Shown here in pieces: positions 46,712-60,975 of a stretch of DNA of 64,000 nucleotides (its first letter is position 1; each line of letters opens with the position of its first letter). The notes under the pieces are model-generated. The model saw only the letters and a list, made by a program, of their open reading frames with translations. It was not told the DNA's origin and ran no database searches. Made by a program: the position numbers and the translations under genes. Origin of the DNA: Escherichia phage PP01; sequence record NC_054930.1; one strand, 5' to 3'.

Positions 46712-48694
46712 ATGGCAAATACCCCTGTAAATTATCAATTAACAAGAACAGCAAATGCTATTCCCGAGATATTCGTCGGGGGTACGTTTGCTGAAATAAA
46801 ACAAAACCTCATTGAATGGCTTAATGGCCAAAATGAATTTTTGGATTATGATTTTGAAGGCTCAAGATTAAACGTTCTGTGTGACCTTTTGGCTTATAAT
46901 ACGCTGTACATTCAACAGTTTGGTAATGCTGCTGTATATGAAAGCTTTATGCGTACTGCTAACTTACGAAGTTCAGTTGTTCAAGCTGCACAAGATAACG
47001 GATATTTACCTACGTCAAAATCTGCTGCGCAGACCGAAATTATGTTAACATGCACTGACGCATTGAATAGGAATTACATTACAATTCCTCGCGGAACTCG
47101 CTTTTTAGCATATGCAAAAGATACTTCTGTTAATCCATATAACTTCGTTTCTACCGAAGACGTTATTGCTATTCGTGATAAAAATAACCAATATTTTCCG
47201 CGTTTAAAATTGGCCCAGGGACGTATAGTAAGAACTGAAATCATTTATGATAAATTAACGCCTATTATCATTTATGATAAAAATATTGATAGAAACCAGG
47301 TTAAATTATATGTTGATGGAGCGGAATGGATTAACTGGACGAGAAAGTCAATGGTTCATGCTGGTTCAACATCAACGATTTATTATATGAGTGAAACTAT
47401 TGATGGAAACACTGAATTCTATTTTGGTGAAGGTGAAATTTCTGTTAATGCTTCTGAAGGAGCTTTGACCGCTAATTATATTGGAGGTCTTAAACCTACT
47501 CAGAACTCTACGATTGTTATTGAGTACATCAGTACTAATGGTGCTGACGCGAACGGAGCAGTCGGATTTTCATACGCAGATACATTAACAAATATAACTG
47601 TCATCAATATTAATGAAAATCCAAACGGTGACCCAGATTTTGTTGGGGCAGATGGAGGCGGTGATCCAGAAGATATTGAGCGTATTCGCGAATTGGGTAC
47701 TATTAAACGCGAAACCCAGCAACGATGCGTAACTGCGACTGACTATGATACATTCGTTTCAGAGAGATTCGGTTCTATTATTCAGGCAGTTCAGACTTTC
47801 ACTGATTCTACTAAACCTGGGTATGCATTTATTGCTGCTAAACCTAAATCAGGTCTGTATTTAACTACCGTACAGCGTGAAGATATTAAAAATTATCTCA
47901 AAGACTATAATTTGGCTCCTATTACACCATCAATTATTTCTCCTAATTATCTTTTTATTAAGACTAATTTAAAAGTCACATATGCTTTAAATAAACTGCA
48001 AGAATCCGAGCAGTGGCTTGAAGGTCAAATAATTGATAAAATTGATCGCTATTATACCGAAGATGTAGAAATTTTTAACTCGTCTTTCGCTAAATCTAAG
48101 ATGTTAACTTATGTAGATGATGCAGATCATTCTGTCATTGGTTCATCAGCGACTATTCAAATGGTTCGTGAAGTACAAAACTTCTATAAAACACCTGAAG
48201 CAGGTATTAAATACAATAATCAAATAAAAGATCGTTCTATGGAATCTAATACGTTTTCATTTAATTCTGGACGAAAGGTTGTAAATCCTGATACTGGTTT
48301 AGAAGAAGATGTATTATATGACGTTCGTATAGTATCAACAGACCGAGATTCTAAAGGAATTGGTAAAGTTATTATTGGTCCATTTGCTTCTGGCGATGTT
48401 ACAGAAAATGAAAACATTCAGCCATATACAGGCAATGATTTTAATAAATTAGCAAATTCTGATGGACGCGACAAATACTATGTTATCGGTGAAATAAATT
48501 ATCCGGCTGACATGATTTATTGGAATATCGCTAAAATTAATTTAACATCTGAAAAATTTGAGGTTCAGACTATTGAATTATATTCTGACCCAACCGATGA
48601 TGTTATCTTTACTCGCGATGGTTCACTGATTGTATTTGAAAATGACTTACGTCCACAATACTTAACTATCGATTTGGAGCCTATATCACAATGA
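46712..48694 (+). CDS. 6: Baseplate wedge protein gp6
   Basis: 660 aa, same length as T4 gp6. Confidence 0.93.
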   Translation: MANTPVNYQLTRTANAIPEIFVGGTFAEIKQNLIEWLNGQNEFLDYDFEGSRLNVLCDLLAYNTLYIQQFGNAAVYESFMRTANLRSSVVQAAQDNGYLPTSKSAAQTEIMLTCTDALNRNYITIPRGTRFLAYAKDTSVNPYNFVSTEDVIAIRDKNNQYFPRLKLAQGRIVRTEIIYDKLTPIIIYDKNIDRNQVKLYVDGAEWINWTRKSMVHAGSTSTIYYMSETIDGNTEFYFGEGEISVNASEGALTANYIGGLKPTQNSTIVIEYISTNGADANGAVGFSYADTLTNITVININENPNGDPDFVGADGGGDPEDIERIRELGTIKRETQQRCVTATDYDTFVSERFGSIIQAVQTFTDSTKPGYAFIAAKPKSGLYLTTVQREDIKNYLKDYNLAPITPSIISPNYLFIKTNLKVTYALNKLQESEQWLEGQIIDKIDRYYTEDVEIFNSSFAKSKMLTYVDDADHSVIGSSATIQMVREVQNFYKTPEAGIKYNNQIKDRSMESNTFSFNSGRKVVNPDTGLEEDVLYDVRIVSTDRDSKGIGKVIIGPFASGDVTENENIQPYTGNDFNKLANSDGRDKYYVIGEINYPADMIYWNIAKINLTSEKFEVQTIELYSDPTDDVIFTRDGSLIVFENDLRPQYLTIDLEPISQ

Positions 48695-51600
48695 CAGTAA
48701 AAGCACCTTCAGTCACTAGTCTCAGAATTTCCAAGTTATCCGCAAATCAGGTGCAAGTACGCTGGGATGACGTTGGTGCTAATTTCTACTATTTTGTAGA
48801 AATCGCTGAGACAAAAACAGACTCGGGGGAAAATCTCCCGAGCAATCAATACCGATGGATTAATTTAGGATATACAGCAAATAATAGTTTCTTTTTTGAT
48901 GATGCTGATCCACTAACATCATACATCATTAGAGTAGCTACGGCGGCGCAAGATTTTGAGCAGTCTGATTGGGTTTATACAGAAGAGTTTGAAACTTTTG
49001 CTACGAATGCTTATACATTTCAAAACATGATTGAAATGCAATTAGCCAATAAATTCATTCAGGAAAAATTTACTCTTAATAATTCTGATTATGTTAATTT
49101 TAATAATGATACTATAATGGCTGCATTGATGAATGAATCGTTCCAATTCAGCCCATCATATGTTGATGTTTCATCAATCAGTAATTTTATTATTGGTGAA
49201 AATGAGTATCATGAAATACAAGGTTCCATTCAGCAAGTATGTAAGGATATTAACCGAGTTTATTTGATGGAATCAGAAGGGATTCTATATCTTTTTGAGC
49301 GCTATCAACCCGTAGTTAAAGTATCTAATGATAAAGGACAAACCTGGAAAGCTGTAAAGCTCTTCAATGACCGTGTAGGATATCCTTTATCTAAGACAGT
49401 ATATTACCAATCTGCAAACACAACATACGTTCTAGGATACGACAAGATTTTCTACGGCCGCAAATCTACTGATGTTAGATGGTCAGCTGATGATGTCAGA
49501 TTTAGTTCACAGGATATAACATTCGCTAAACTTGGCGACCAATTACATCTAGGATTTGATGTAGAAATTTTTGCCACTTATGCGACTTTACCAGCGAATG
49601 TATACCGCATCGCAGAAGCTATTACTTGCACCGATGATTACATTTACGTTGTCGCCAGAGACAAAGTTAGATACATAAAAACGAGTAATGCACCTATAGA
49701 TTCTGATCCATTATCTCCGACATATTCGGAAAGACTTTTTGAACCTGATACCATGACTATAACCGGAAATCCTAAAGCAGTATGCTATAAAATGGATTCT
49801 ATCGGTGATAAAGTTTTTGCTCTTATTATTGGTGAAGTTGAAACATTAAATGCTAATCCGAGAACTTCAAAAATAATTGATTCTGTTGATAAAGGAGTAT
49901 ATGTTTTAAATCATGACGAAAAAACATGGAAAAGAGTTTTCGGTAATACCGAAGAAGAAAGAAGACGTATTCAACCCGGATATGCGAATATGTCAACTGA
50001 CGGTAAATTAGTTTCTCTATCTTCGAGTAATTTTAAATTTTTAAGTGATAACATTGTTAATGACCCTGAAACTGTGGTGAAATACCAGTTAATCGGTGCT
50101 GTTAAATATGAATTTCCTCGTGAATGGTTAGCTGATAAGCATTATCATATGATGGCATTTATAGCGGATGAAAAATCTGATTGGGAGACTTTTACTCCTC
50201 AACCAATGAAATACTACGCAGAACCGTTCTTTAACTGGTCTAAAAAATCTAACACACGTTGTTGGATAAACAACTCTGATAGAGCTGTAGTAGTTTATGC
50301 TGATTTAAAATACACCAAAGTTATAGAAAATATTCCGGAAACATCACCAGATAGATTAGTTCATGAATATTGGGATGATGGTGATTGTACTATAGTAATG
50401 CCAAATGTTAAATTCACTGGATTTAAAAAATACGCATCAGGAATGCTTTTCTACAAATCCTCTGGTGAAATAATTTCTTACTATGATTTTAACTATCGTG
50501 TGAGAGATACAGTAGAAATTATTTGGAAGCCAACTGGTGTATTTTTAAAAGCATTTTTACAAAACCAAGAGCATGAGACTCCTTGGTCACCAGAAGAAGA
50601 GCATGGATTAGCTGATCCTGATTTAAGACCATTGATTGGCACAATGATGCCTGATTCTTATTTGCTACAGGATTCGAATTTTGAGGCATTTTGCGAAGCA
50701 TATATTCAGTATCTTTCTGATGGATATGGAACTCAGTATAACAATTTACGAAATTTAATTCGTAATCAGTATCCACGAGAAGAGCATGCATGGGAATATT
50801 TGTGGTCAGAGATATATAAAAGAAACATTTATTTAAATGCTGACAAACGTGATGCTGTTGCGAGATTCTTTGAATCGCGTAGCTATGATTTTTATTCTAC
50901 TAAAGGAATTGAAGCATCATACAAGTTTCTTTTTAAAGTTCTTTATAATGAAGAAGTTGAAATTGAAATTGAATCTGGGGCTGGTACTGAATATGACATA
51001 ATCGTTCAATCTGATTCTTTAACTGAAGATTTAGTAGGACAAACGATTTATACAGCCACAGGAAGATGTAATGTTACTTATATAGAAAGAAGTTATTCTA
51101 ATGGTAAATTGCAATGGACCGTAACTATTCATAATCTTTTGGGAAGATTAATTGCTGGTCAAGAAGTTAAAGCAGAAAGACTCCCTAGTTTTGAAGGCGA
51201 AATTATTCGTGGGGTTAAAGGAAAGGATTTGCTTCAAAACAATATAGACTATATTAATAGAAGTAGATCATACTATGTAATGAAAATTAAATCCAATTTA
51301 CCTTCTTCCCGCTGGAAATCTGACGTTATTCGTTTTGTTCATCCAGTAGGATTTGGATTTATAGCAATTACTCTTTTAACGATGTTTATTAATGTTGGTT
51401 TAACTCTTAAACACACAGAGACTATAATTAATAAATACAAAAACTATAAATGGGATTCTGGATTACCTACTGAATATGCTGATAGAGTAGCTAAATTAAC
51501 TCCAACCGGTGAAATTGAGCATGATTCAGTAACAGGCGAAGCAATTTATGAGCCTGGCCCAATGGCTGGTGTAGAATATCCTCTTCCTGATGACTATAAT

Positions 51601-51789
51601 GCTGAAAATAATAATTCAATATTTCAAGGTCAATTGCCGTCTGAACGACGTAAATTAATGAGTCCTCTATTTGATGCTTCTGGAACAACATTTGCGCAAT
51701 TTAGAGATTTAGTTAATAAACGTCTAAAAGACAATATAGGAAATCCAAGAGACCCTGAAAATCCAACACAGGTTAAAATAGATGAATGA
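48691..51789 (+). CDS. 7: Baseplate wedge protein gp7
   Basis: 1032 aa, same length as T4 gp7. Confidence 0.93.
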   Translation: MTVKAPSVTSLRISKLSANQVQVRWDDVGANFYYFVEIAETKTDSGENLPSNQYRWINLGYTANNSFFFDDADPLTSYIIRVATAAQDFEQSDWVYTEEFETFATNAYTFQNMIEMQLANKFIQEKFTLNNSDYVNFNNDTIMAALMNESFQFSPSYVDVSSISNFIIGENEYHEIQGSIQQVCKDINRVYLMESEGILYLFERYQPVVKVSNDKGQTWKAVKLFNDRVGYPLSKTVYYQSANTTYVLGYDKIFYGRKSTDVRWSADDVRFSSQDITFAKLGDQLHLGFDVEIFATYATLPANVYRIAEAITCTDDYIYVVARDKVRYIKTSNAPIDSDPLSPTYSERLFEPDTMTITGNPKAVCYKMDSIGDKVFALIIGEVETLNANPRTSKIIDSVDKGVYVLNHDEKTWKRVFGNTEEERRRIQPGYANMSTDGKLVSLSSSNFKFLSDNIVNDPETVVKYQLIGAVKYEFPREWLADKHYHMMAFIADEKSDWETFTPQPMKYYAEPFFNWSKKSNTRCWINNSDRAVVVYADLKYTKVIENIPETSPDRLVHEYWDDGDCTIVMPNVKFTGFKKYASGMLFYKSSGEIISYYDFNYRVRDTVEIIWKPTGVFLKAFLQNQEHETPWSPEEEHGLADPDLRPLIGTMMPDSYLLQDSNFEAFCEAYIQYLSDGYGTQYNNLRNLIRNQYPREEHAWEYLWSEIYKRNIYLNADKRDAVARFFESRSYDFYSTKGIEASYKFLFKVLYNEEVEIEIESGAGTEYDIIVQSDSLTEDLVGQTIYTATGRCNVTYIERSYSNGKLQWTVTIHNLLGRLIAGQEVKAERLPSFEGEIIRGVKGKDLLQNNIDYINRSRSYYVMKIKSNLPSSRWKSDVIRFVHPVGFGFIAITLLTMFINVGLTLKHTETIINKYKNYKWDSGLPTEYADRVAKLTPTGEIEHDSVTGEAIYEPGPMAGVEYPLPDDYNAENNNSIFQGQLPSERRKLMSPLFDASGTTFAQFRDLVNKRLKDNIGNPRDPENPTQVKIDE

Positions 51790-52786
51790 TTCAAGTGTTA
51801 TCTATCGTGCGATAGTTACTTCAAAATTTAGAACAGAAAAAATGTTGAATTTTTATAATTCAATTGGAAGTGGTCCGGATAAAAACACTATCTTTATCAC
51901 ATTTGGAAGATCAGAACCGTGGTCATCAAATGAAAATGAGGTGGGCTTTGCCCCACCTTATCCAACCGATTCTGTATTAGGAGTAACTGACATGTGGACG
52001 CATATGATGGGAACAGTAAAAGTTCTTCCATCAATGCTTGATGCAGTTATTCCTCGTCGAGATTGGGGAGATACTAGATATCCGGATCCGTATACATTTA
52101 GAATTAACGATATTGTAGTGTGTAACTCAGCTCCTTACAACGCTACTGAATCAGGCGCAGGCTGGTTAGTATATCGTTGTTTAGATGTTCCTGATACCGG
52201 AATGTGCTCAATAGCATCTTTAACTGATAAGGATGAATGCCTTAAATTAGGCGGAAAATGGACACCTTCTGTTAGGTCAATGACTCCTCCTGAAGGTCGA
52301 GGAGATGCTGAAGGAACAATTGAACCTGGGGACGGGTATGTATGGGAATATCTTTTTGAGATTCCGCCTGATGTATCTATAAATAGATGCACGAATGAAT
52401 ATATCGTGGTTCCTTGGCCTGAGGAATTAAAAGAAGACCCGACTAGATGGGGATATGAAGATAATCTCACTTGGCAACAAGATGATTTTGGATTAATTTA
52501 CCGTGTTAAGGCAAATACTATCCGTTTTAAAGCATATTTAGATTCAGTTTATTTTCCTGAAGCTGCATTGCCAGGAAATAAAGGATTTAGACAAATATCA
52601 ATAATCACGAATCCTCTTGAAGCTAAAGCTCATCCAAATGACCCAAACGTTAAAGCTGAAAAGGATTATTATGACCCAGAAGATTTAATGAGGCATTCGG
52701 GCGAAATGATTTATATGGAAAATAGGCCACCTATTATTATGGCAATGGATCAAACAGAAGAAATCAATATTCTGTTTACATTTTAA
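51782..52786 (+). CDS. 8: Baseplate wedge protein gp8
   Basis: 334 aa, same length as T4 gp8. Confidence 0.93.
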   Translation: MNDSSVIYRAIVTSKFRTEKMLNFYNSIGSGPDKNTIFITFGRSEPWSSNENEVGFAPPYPTDSVLGVTDMWTHMMGTVKVLPSMLDAVIPRRDWGDTRYPDPYTFRINDIVVCNSAPYNATESGAGWLVYRCLDVPDTGMCSIASLTDKDECLKLGGKWTPSVRSMTPPEGRGDAEGTIEPGDGYVWEYLFEIPPDVSINRCTNEYIVVPWPEELKEDPTRWGYEDNLTWQQDDFGLIYRVKANTIRFKAYLDSVYFPEAALPGNKGFRQISIITNPLEAKAHPNDPNVKAEKDYYDPEDLMRHSGEMIYMENRPPIIMAMDQTEEINILFTF

Positions 52787-52789
52787 ATT

Positions 52790-52818
52790 AAGGGAGCCCA
52801 TGGGCTCCCTTTTTTCTT
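52790..52818 (+). terminator. Rho-independent terminator after gene 8
   Basis: gggagccca-tgggctccc hairpin followed by a run of T. Confidence 0.8.
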
Positions 52819-52826
52819 TATAAATA
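52819..52826 (+). promoter_or_regulatory. Late promoter (TATAAATA) for gene 9
   Basis: Exact TATAAATA ~25 nt upstream of the gene 9 ATG, directly after the terminator. Confidence 0.75.
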
Positions 52827-52850
52827 TTATAAACTCATAAGGAAACCGCT

Positions 52851-53717
52851 ATGTTCATTCAAGAACCAAAGAAATTGATTGATACCGGCGAAATTGGTAA
52901 CGCTTCTACTGGTGATATCTTATTCGACGGTGGTAATAAAATTAATAGTGATTTTAACGCAATTTATAATGCGTTTGGCGATCAGCGTAAAATGGCAGTA
53001 GCAAATGGCACCGGAGCTGATGGTCAAATTATCCATGCTACTGGATATTATCAAAAACACTCTATTGCTGAGTATGCAACTCCAGTAAAAGTTGGCACTA
53101 GACATGATATTGATACCTCTACTGTAGGTGTTAAAGTTATTATTGAAAGAGGAGAACTTGGCGATTGTGTTGAATTCATTAACTCTAATGGATCAATATC
53201 AGTTACTAATCCTTTAACGATTCAGGCTATTGATTCAATTAAAGGTGTTTCAGGTAATTTAGTAGTAACTACTCCATATAGTAAAGTTACTTTACGCTGT
53301 ATTTCATCTGATAATTCTACGTCGGTTTGGAATTATTCTATTGAAAGCATGTTTGGTCAAAGGGAATCACCAGCTGAAGGTACATGGAATATTTCTACAT
53401 CCGGATCAGTTGATATTCCACTATTTCATCGCACTGAATACAATATGGCTAAATTGTTAGTTACATGCCAGTCAGCAGATGGAAGAAAAATTAAAACAGC
53501 AGAAATAAATATTCTTGTAGATATTATTAATTCAGAGGTCATTTCTTCTGAATATGCTGTCATGCGAGTTGGGAATGAAACCGAAGAAGACGAAATCGCT
53601 AATATTGCATTTAGTATTAAAGAAAATTATGTAACGGCGACTATAAGTTCTTCAACTGTCGGTATGAGAGCAGCAGTTAAAGTTATCGCTACGCAGAAAA
53701 TCGGGGTGGCTCAATAA
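52851..53717 (+). CDS. 9: Baseplate long-tail-fibre attachment protein gp9
   Basis: 288 aa, same length as T4 gp9. Confidence 0.93.
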   Translation: MFIQEPKKLIDTGEIGNASTGDILFDGGNKINSDFNAIYNAFGDQRKMAVANGTGADGQIIHATGYYQKHSIAEYATPVKVGTRHDIDTSTVGVKVIIERGELGDCVEFINSNGSISVTNPLTIQAIDSIKGVSGNLVVTTPYSKVTLRCISSDNSTSVWNYSIESMFGQRESPAEGTWNISTSGSVDIPLFHRTEYNMAKLLVTCQSADGRKIKTAEINILVDIINSEVISSEYAVMRVGNETEEDEIANIAFSIKENYVTATISSSTVGMRAAVKVIATQKIGVAQ

Positions 53718-55522
53718 TGAAACAAAATATTAATATCGGTAATGTTGTAGATGATGGTACCGGTGACTACCTGCGTAAAGGTGGTATAAAAATAAATGAA
53801 AACTTTGATGAGCTTTATTACGAGCTTGGTGACGGTAATGTTCCATATTCAGCTGGTGCCTGGAAAACTTATAATGCTTCATCAGGACAAACATTAACAG
53901 CAGAATGGGGAAAATCATATGCCATTAACACTTCATCTGGAAGAGTAATTCTACAACTTCCTAAAGGAACTGTTAATGATTATAATAAAGTAATTAAAGC
54001 TAGGGATGTATTTGCAACATGGAATGTTAATCCAGTTACTCTAGTAGCCGCTTCCGGTGATACTATTAAAGGATCATCGTCATCAGTTGAAATTAATGTT
54101 CAATTTAGCGATTTAGAATTAGTTTATTGTGCTCCAGGACGTTGGGAATATGTCAAAAACAAACAAATTGACAAAATTATTAGTTCAGATATTAGTAATG
54201 TAGCACGTAAAGAATTTTTAGTCGAAGTTCAAGGACAAACAGACTTTTTAGATGTTTTCCGTGGAACTAGCTATAATGTTAATAACATCCGAGTAAAACA
54301 CCGCGGTAATGAATTATATTATGGCGATGTATTTAGTGAAAACAGTGACTTTGGCTCTCCTGGGGAAAATGAAGGAGAATTGATTCCTCTTGATGGATTT
54401 AATATTAGGTTAAGACAGCCTTGTAATATTGGTGACACTGTTCAAATTGAAACATTTATGGATGGTGTATCACAATGGAGAAGTTCATATACAAGACGCC
54501 AAATAAAAGTATTAGATTCAAAATTAACGTCAAAAACTTCTTTAGAAGGAAGTATTTACGTTACTGATTTATCAACAATGAAATCAATTCCATTCTCTGC
54601 ATTTGGATTAATTCCTGGAGAACCTATTAATCCTAATTCTCTTGAAGTTCGTTTTAATGGAATTTTACAGCAACAAGCTGGAACAGCCGGATATCCTCTG
54701 TTTTTGTGTGAAGGTGCTAATTCAGATACGCAAGCAGGATGTATATCTCTTGGTGGTGAATGGAAAGAATCGAATACAGATTATTCTATAGAATATGAAG
54801 ATGGAAAACCTGTCAGTCTTTTATTTGATAGAAAATTTGAATCCGGCGATATAATCGTTATAACATGGTTCAATAATGATTTAGGAACTCTTTTAGAAAA
54901 AGATGACATTATTGAATTAACTGATGACCGTTATGTTAGTAAAGGATCATCTACTGAAGTTACTGGTGATGTAGCCTTAACAGATTTTGATAAAATCGGT
55001 TGGCCAAATGTTGAAAAAGTTGATTCTTATACTAGAACGTATAATTCAATATCATCTATTTTCGATAGCATTTATCCTGTTGGTTCAATTTATGAAAATG
55101 CTATAAATCCAAATAATCCAGTGACTTATATGGGATTTGGTTCATGGAAATTATTTGGTAAAGGGCAGGTTTTAGTAGGATGGAATGATGATGTTACAGA
55201 TCCAAACTTTGCATTAAACAATAATGATTTAGATTCTAGCGGAAATCCTTCACATACCGCCGGTGGAACAGTTGGTACAACATCAGTAACGCTTGAAAAC
55301 GCAAATCTTCCTGCGACTAAAACTGATGAAAGAGTTTTAATTGAAGACGAAAATGGATCAGTTATTATTGGAGGATGTCAATATGACCCAGACGAAACTG
55401 GTCCTATATATACAAAATATCGTGAAGACTACGCAACAACAAACTCTTCACATACTCCTCCTGCTAATATTAGTAATATTCAACCGTCTATTACTGTATA
55501 CCGTTGGATAAGGATTGCATAA
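53717..55522 (+). CDS. 10: Baseplate protein gp10
   Basis: 601 aa (T4 gp10 about 602 aa). Confidence 0.93.
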   Translation: MKQNINIGNVVDDGTGDYLRKGGIKINENFDELYYELGDGNVPYSAGAWKTYNASSGQTLTAEWGKSYAINTSSGRVILQLPKGTVNDYNKVIKARDVFATWNVNPVTLVAASGDTIKGSSSSVEINVQFSDLELVYCAPGRWEYVKNKQIDKIISSDISNVARKEFLVEVQGQTDFLDVFRGTSYNVNNIRVKHRGNELYYGDVFSENSDFGSPGENEGELIPLDGFNIRLRQPCNIGDTVQIETFMDGVSQWRSSYTRRQIKVLDSKLTSKTSLEGSIYVTDLSTMKSIPFSAFGLIPGEPINPNSLEVRFNGILQQQAGTAGYPLFLCEGANSDTQAGCISLGGEWKESNTDYSIEYEDGKPVSLLFDRKFESGDIIVITWFNNDLGTLLEKDDIIELTDDRYVSKGSSTEVTGDVALTDFDKIGWPNVEKVDSYTRTYNSISSIFDSIYPVGSIYENAINPNNPVTYMGFGSWKLFGKGQVLVGWNDDVTDPNFALNNNDLDSSGNPSHTAGGTVGTTSVTLENANLPATKTDERVLIEDENGSVIIGGCQYDPDETGPIYTKYREDYATTNSSHTPPANISNIQPSITVYRWIRIA

Positions 55523-56181
55523 TGAGTTTACTTAATAATAAAGCGGGAGTTATTTCCCGCTTAGCAGATTTTCTTGGTTTTAGAACTAAGAAAAATGATA
55601 TTTCGGTTATGAATAATCAGCCGGTAGGCGCTGTAACAATTTCACAAATAGCAAAAGGTTTTTATGACCCAAATGTAGAATCTGCTATCAATGATGTTAG
55701 AAATATGGCAGAGCAACAGGTTGGAGCTGTATTAATTAATATAAGTGGCGTATCTCCTACCGGAGTGCAACAAACAGACTATTGGTCATTTGAAGGAACT
55801 GTTACTGATACTTCAGCCAAACCAGGTGACCCAGTTATTGTTAACATGTTTGGTATTCCAGTTAAAGCTACTAACGGAATGACTTCAATTGAATTTACCA
55901 GTGCCGTTAGAATAGCTCTACAGGAAATGGTTGCAAAATTTATTGCAATTGATTCATTTGAAGACCATCCTACCATAGGAAATAAAATACAAGTTAAGTA
56001 TTTGGATAACCAAGAACATATCTTAGAGCAATACTCTGATAAAGGAATTACTTTCAAACAAGAAATAATTTCTCCTTCTAAACCTGGATATGGAACTTGG
56101 CAATTATTAGGTGCGCAAACTGTCACGTTAGATAGTCACACACAACCTACAGTATTTTATTATTTTGAGAGAATAGCATGA
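55522..56181 (+). CDS. 11: Baseplate protein gp11 (short-tail-fibre attachment)
   Basis: ORF track 55504..56181; start at [12 protein letters not shown] gives 219 aa as in T4 and overlaps the gene 10 stop (TAATG). Confidence 0.9.
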   Translation: MSLLNNKAGVISRLADFLGFRTKKNDISVMNNQPVGAVTISQIAKGFYDPNVESAINDVRNMAEQQVGAVLINISGVSPTGVQQTDYWSFEGTVTDTSAKPGDPVIVNMFGIPVKATNGMTSIEFTSAVRIALQEMVAKFIAIDSFEDHPTIGNKIQVKYLDNQEHILEQYSDKGITFKQEIISPSKPGYGTWQLLGAQTVTLDSHTQPTVFYYFERIA

Positions 56182-57734
56182 GTAATAATACATATCAGCA
56201 CGTATCAAATGAATCAAAATATGTTAAATTCGATCCAGTGGGATCGAATTTTCCTGACACTGTTACGACGGTGCAGTCTGCATTATCAAAAATAAGTAAT
56301 ATCGGCGTAAATGGTATTCCTGATGCATCTATGGAAGTTAAAGGAATAGCAATGATTGCATCAGAGCAAGAGGTTTTAGATGGAACAAATAATTCTAAAA
56401 TCGTTACACCAGCTACATTAGCAACAAGATTATTGTATCCAAATGCTACTGAAACTAAATATGGTTTAACGCGTTATTCAACAAATGAAGAAACATTAGA
56501 AGGCTCAGATAATAATTCATCAATAACACCGCAAAAACTGAAATACCATACTGATGATGTGTTCCAAAATAGATATTCGTCTGAGTCGTCAAACGGGGTT
56601 ATTAAAATATCATCTACACCTGCAGCTTTGGCTGGAGTTGATGATACTACGGCAATGACTCCATTAAAAACCCAAAAACTTGCAATAAAATTAATTTCAC
56701 AAATAGCTCCTTCCGAAGATACTGCATCAGAATCTGTGAGAGGTGTAGTTCAATTATCTACTGTTGCGCAAACTCGTCAAGGAACTCTCCGCGAAGGATA
56801 TGCAATTTCTCCGTATACCTTTATGAATTCTGTTGCAACACAAGAATATAAGGGTGTTATACGTTTAGGAACACAATCGGAAATTAACAGTAATTTAGGA
56901 GATGTTGCAGTAACAGGTGAAACACTAAATGGTCGAGGAGCTACTGGTTCTATGCGTGGAGTCGTCAAATTAACGACGCAGGCCGGTATTGCCCCCGAAG
57001 GTGATAGCTCTGGAGCATTAGCATGGAACGCAGATGTAATTAATACTCGCGGTGGACAAACTATTAATGGTTCTTTAAATTTAGATCATCTTACAGCAAA
57101 CGGAATCTGGTCGCGCGGCGGAATGTGGAAAAATGGCGATCAACCTGTTGCCACTGAAAGATATGCGTCAGAAAGGGTTCCAGTTGGAACTATTATGATG
57201 TTTGCGGGAGATTCAGCACCTCCGGGTTGGATTATGTGCCACGGTGGAACAGTGTCAGGAGATCAATATCCTGATTATAGAAACACAGTTGGAACAAGAT
57301 TTGGTGGTGATTGGAATAATCCAGGGATTCCTGATATGCGAGGTCTTTTCGTCAGAGGAGCGGGCACCGGCGGTCATATTTTAAATCAACGAGGACAAGA
57401 TGGTTATGGGAAGGATAGACTTGGTGTAGGATGTGATGGAATGCATGTTGGCGGTGTTCAAGCACAACAAATATCATACCATAAACATGCTGGTGCCTGG
57501 GGTGAAAATGGAAATAACAGAGGTTATGCACCGTTTGGCGCATCTAATGGCAGTGGATATTTAGGCAATGGTAGAAGCGCCGACTGGGACAACCATTTGT
57601 TCTTTACTAATGACGGATTTGAAATGGGTGGTCCTCGTGACTCGTTCGGCACGTTAAATCGCGAAGGATTAATTGGTTATGAAACTAGACCATGGAATAT
57701 ATCATTAAACTATATTATTAAAATTCATTACTAA
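56178..57734 (+). CDS. 12: Short tail fibre protein gp12
   Basis: 518 aa; Gly/Asn-rich C-terminal receptor-binding region. Confidence 0.92.
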   Translation: MSNNTYQHVSNESKYVKFDPVGSNFPDTVTTVQSALSKISNIGVNGIPDASMEVKGIAMIASEQEVLDGTNNSKIVTPATLATRLLYPNATETKYGLTRYSTNEETLEGSDNNSSITPQKLKYHTDDVFQNRYSSESSNGVIKISSTPAALAGVDDTTAMTPLKTQKLAIKLISQIAPSEDTASESVRGVVQLSTVAQTRQGTLREGYAISPYTFMNSVATQEYKGVIRLGTQSEINSNLGDVAVTGETLNGRGATGSMRGVVKLTTQAGIAPEGDSSGALAWNADVINTRGGQTINGSLNLDHLTANGIWSRGGMWKNGDQPVATERYASERVPVGTIMMFAGDSAPPGWIMCHGGTVSGDQYPDYRNTVGTRFGGDWNNPGIPDMRGLFVRGAGTGGHILNQRGQDGYGKDRLGVGCDGMHVGGVQAQQISYHKHAGAWGENGNNRGYAPFGASNGSGYLGNGRSADWDNHLFFTNDGFEMGGPRDSFGTLNREGLIGYETRPWNISLNYIIKIHY

Positions 57735-57743
57735 GGATTACAA

Positions 57744-59201
57744 ATGATTGAATTAAAAGATTTACCTTTTGTTGATAGCGTTCCTGGCGAAGGTCAGGAA
57801 CGTATTTCATGGATTAAAAATGGTGAAGAAATACTAGGAGCTAGTACTAAGTATGGAAACGATGGATCAATGAATAGACCAACTGTTTCCGTGTTTAAAA
57901 ATGTCGAAGTTCTTGATGAAAATGTGGGAATTCTTAAAACTGCCGTTGAAACATCACAGGAAGATATTAAAACAATTCAAGGCATTTTAGATGTATCAGG
58001 AGATATAGAAGCACTATCGCAGATCAGCGTTAATAAAAATGATATATCAAATTTAAAGACACTCACAAATGAACACACTGATATATTAAATGGTACAAAT
58101 ACTACAGTTGATCGCATTCTTTCTGATATAGGTCCATTTAATGAGCAAGCAAATTCAGTTTATAGAACGATTAGAAATGATTTGCTGTGGATTAAAAGGG
58201 AATTAGGACAATATGCTGGACAAGATATTAATGGTCTTCCTGTTGTAGGAAATAGCAGCACGGGAATGAAGCATCGTATCATTAATAATACAGATGCTAT
58301 AACTTCCCAAGGAATACGTCTAAGCGATTTGGAAGAAAAATTTATTGAATCTGATGTAGGTTCACTGACAATTGAAGTCGGAAATCTTAGACAAGAACTT
58401 GGACAAAGACCATCTTCATTCAGTGAAAGCATATATTCACGTGTGCATAATTTAGATCAATCTCAGATTAATCTTAGTTCCGAAATTAAATCTATCAAAA
58501 CTTCTATTGGATATCCAGGAAATACTTCAATAATCACAGATGTCAATGTCAATAGTCAAGAAATTTCAGCTTTAAATGATGAACTAAATAAAAGCGGAGG
58601 TGTTAAACAACGATTAACTATTATTGAAACATCGATTGGTTCAGATGATATTCCTTCTAGTATTAAAGGTCGAATTAAAGATAATACTACTTCTATTGAA
58701 TCTTTAAATGGAATTGTAGGTGAAAACACCTCGTCTGGTTTAAGAGCCAATGTTTCATGGTTAAACCAAATTGTTGGAACTGATTCTAGCGGTGGACAAC
58801 CTTCTCCTCCTGGGTCTCTTTTAAATAGAATTTCAACAGTTGAAACTTCCGTTAATAGATTGAACAATGATGTTCAAAACTTACAAGTTGAAATTGGTAA
58901 TAACAATTCCGGAATTAAAGGACAAGTTGTAGCATTAAATAAATTAGTAAATGGAACAAATCCAAATGGCTCAACTGTCGAAGAACGCGGATTGACTAAT
59001 TCAATAAAAGCTAATGAGACTAACATTGCTTCAATTAATCAAGAGATTCGTAGCATTAAAAGCGATGTATCTTCATTACAAAGGGATGTCCAGACTTTAC
59101 AGGAAGCCGGTTATATTCCTGAAGCTCCAAGAGATGGGCAAGCTTACGTTCGTAAAGACGGCGAATGGGTATTGCTTTCTACCTTTTTATCACCAGCATA
59201 A
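57744..59201 (+). CDS. wac: Fibritin (whisker) protein
   Basis: 485 aa; long coiled coil and C-terminal foldon [27 protein letters not shown]. Confidence 0.95.
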   Translation: MIELKDLPFVDSVPGEGQERISWIKNGEEILGASTKYGNDGSMNRPTVSVFKNVEVLDENVGILKTAVETSQEDIKTIQGILDVSGDIEALSQISVNKNDISNLKTLTNEHTDILNGTNTTVDRILSDIGPFNEQANSVYRTIRNDLLWIKRELGQYAGQDINGLPVVGNSSTGMKHRIINNTDAITSQGIRLSDLEEKFIESDVGSLTIEVGNLRQELGQRPSSFSESIYSRVHNLDQSQINLSSEIKSIKTSIGYPGNTSIITDVNVNSQEISALNDELNKSGGVKQRLTIIETSIGSDDIPSSIKGRIKDNTTSIESLNGIVGENTSSGLRANVSWLNQIVGTDSSGGQPSPPGSLLNRISTVETSVNRLNNDVQNLQVEIGNNNSGIKGQVVALNKLVNGTNPNGSTVEERGLTNSIKANETNIASINQEIRSIKSDVSSLQRDVQTLQEAGYIPEAPRDGQAYVRKDGEWVLLSTFLSPA

Positions 59202-59204
59202 CAT

Positions 59205-59220
59205 GGGGCCGCAAGGCCCC
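59205..59220 (+). terminator. GNRA-tetraloop stem-loop between wac and 13 (possible attenuator)
   Basis: ggggcc-gcaa-ggcccc; no strong T-run follows. Confidence 0.4.
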
Positions 59221-59232
59221 AAAGGATTTTAA

Positions 59233-60934
<1,702 letters not shown>

Positions 60935-60975
60935 TAAATATTATAAACTAATTAAAGCCCAGATTAGGAGAAGTC

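Noticed and set aside
48220-58867. Minus-strand ORFs inside late genes 6, 7, 8, 10, 12 and wac (for example 50519..50791, 52135..52470, 55779..56126, 58556..58867)
   Set aside because: Antisense to long, well-supported structural genes; no expression signals.
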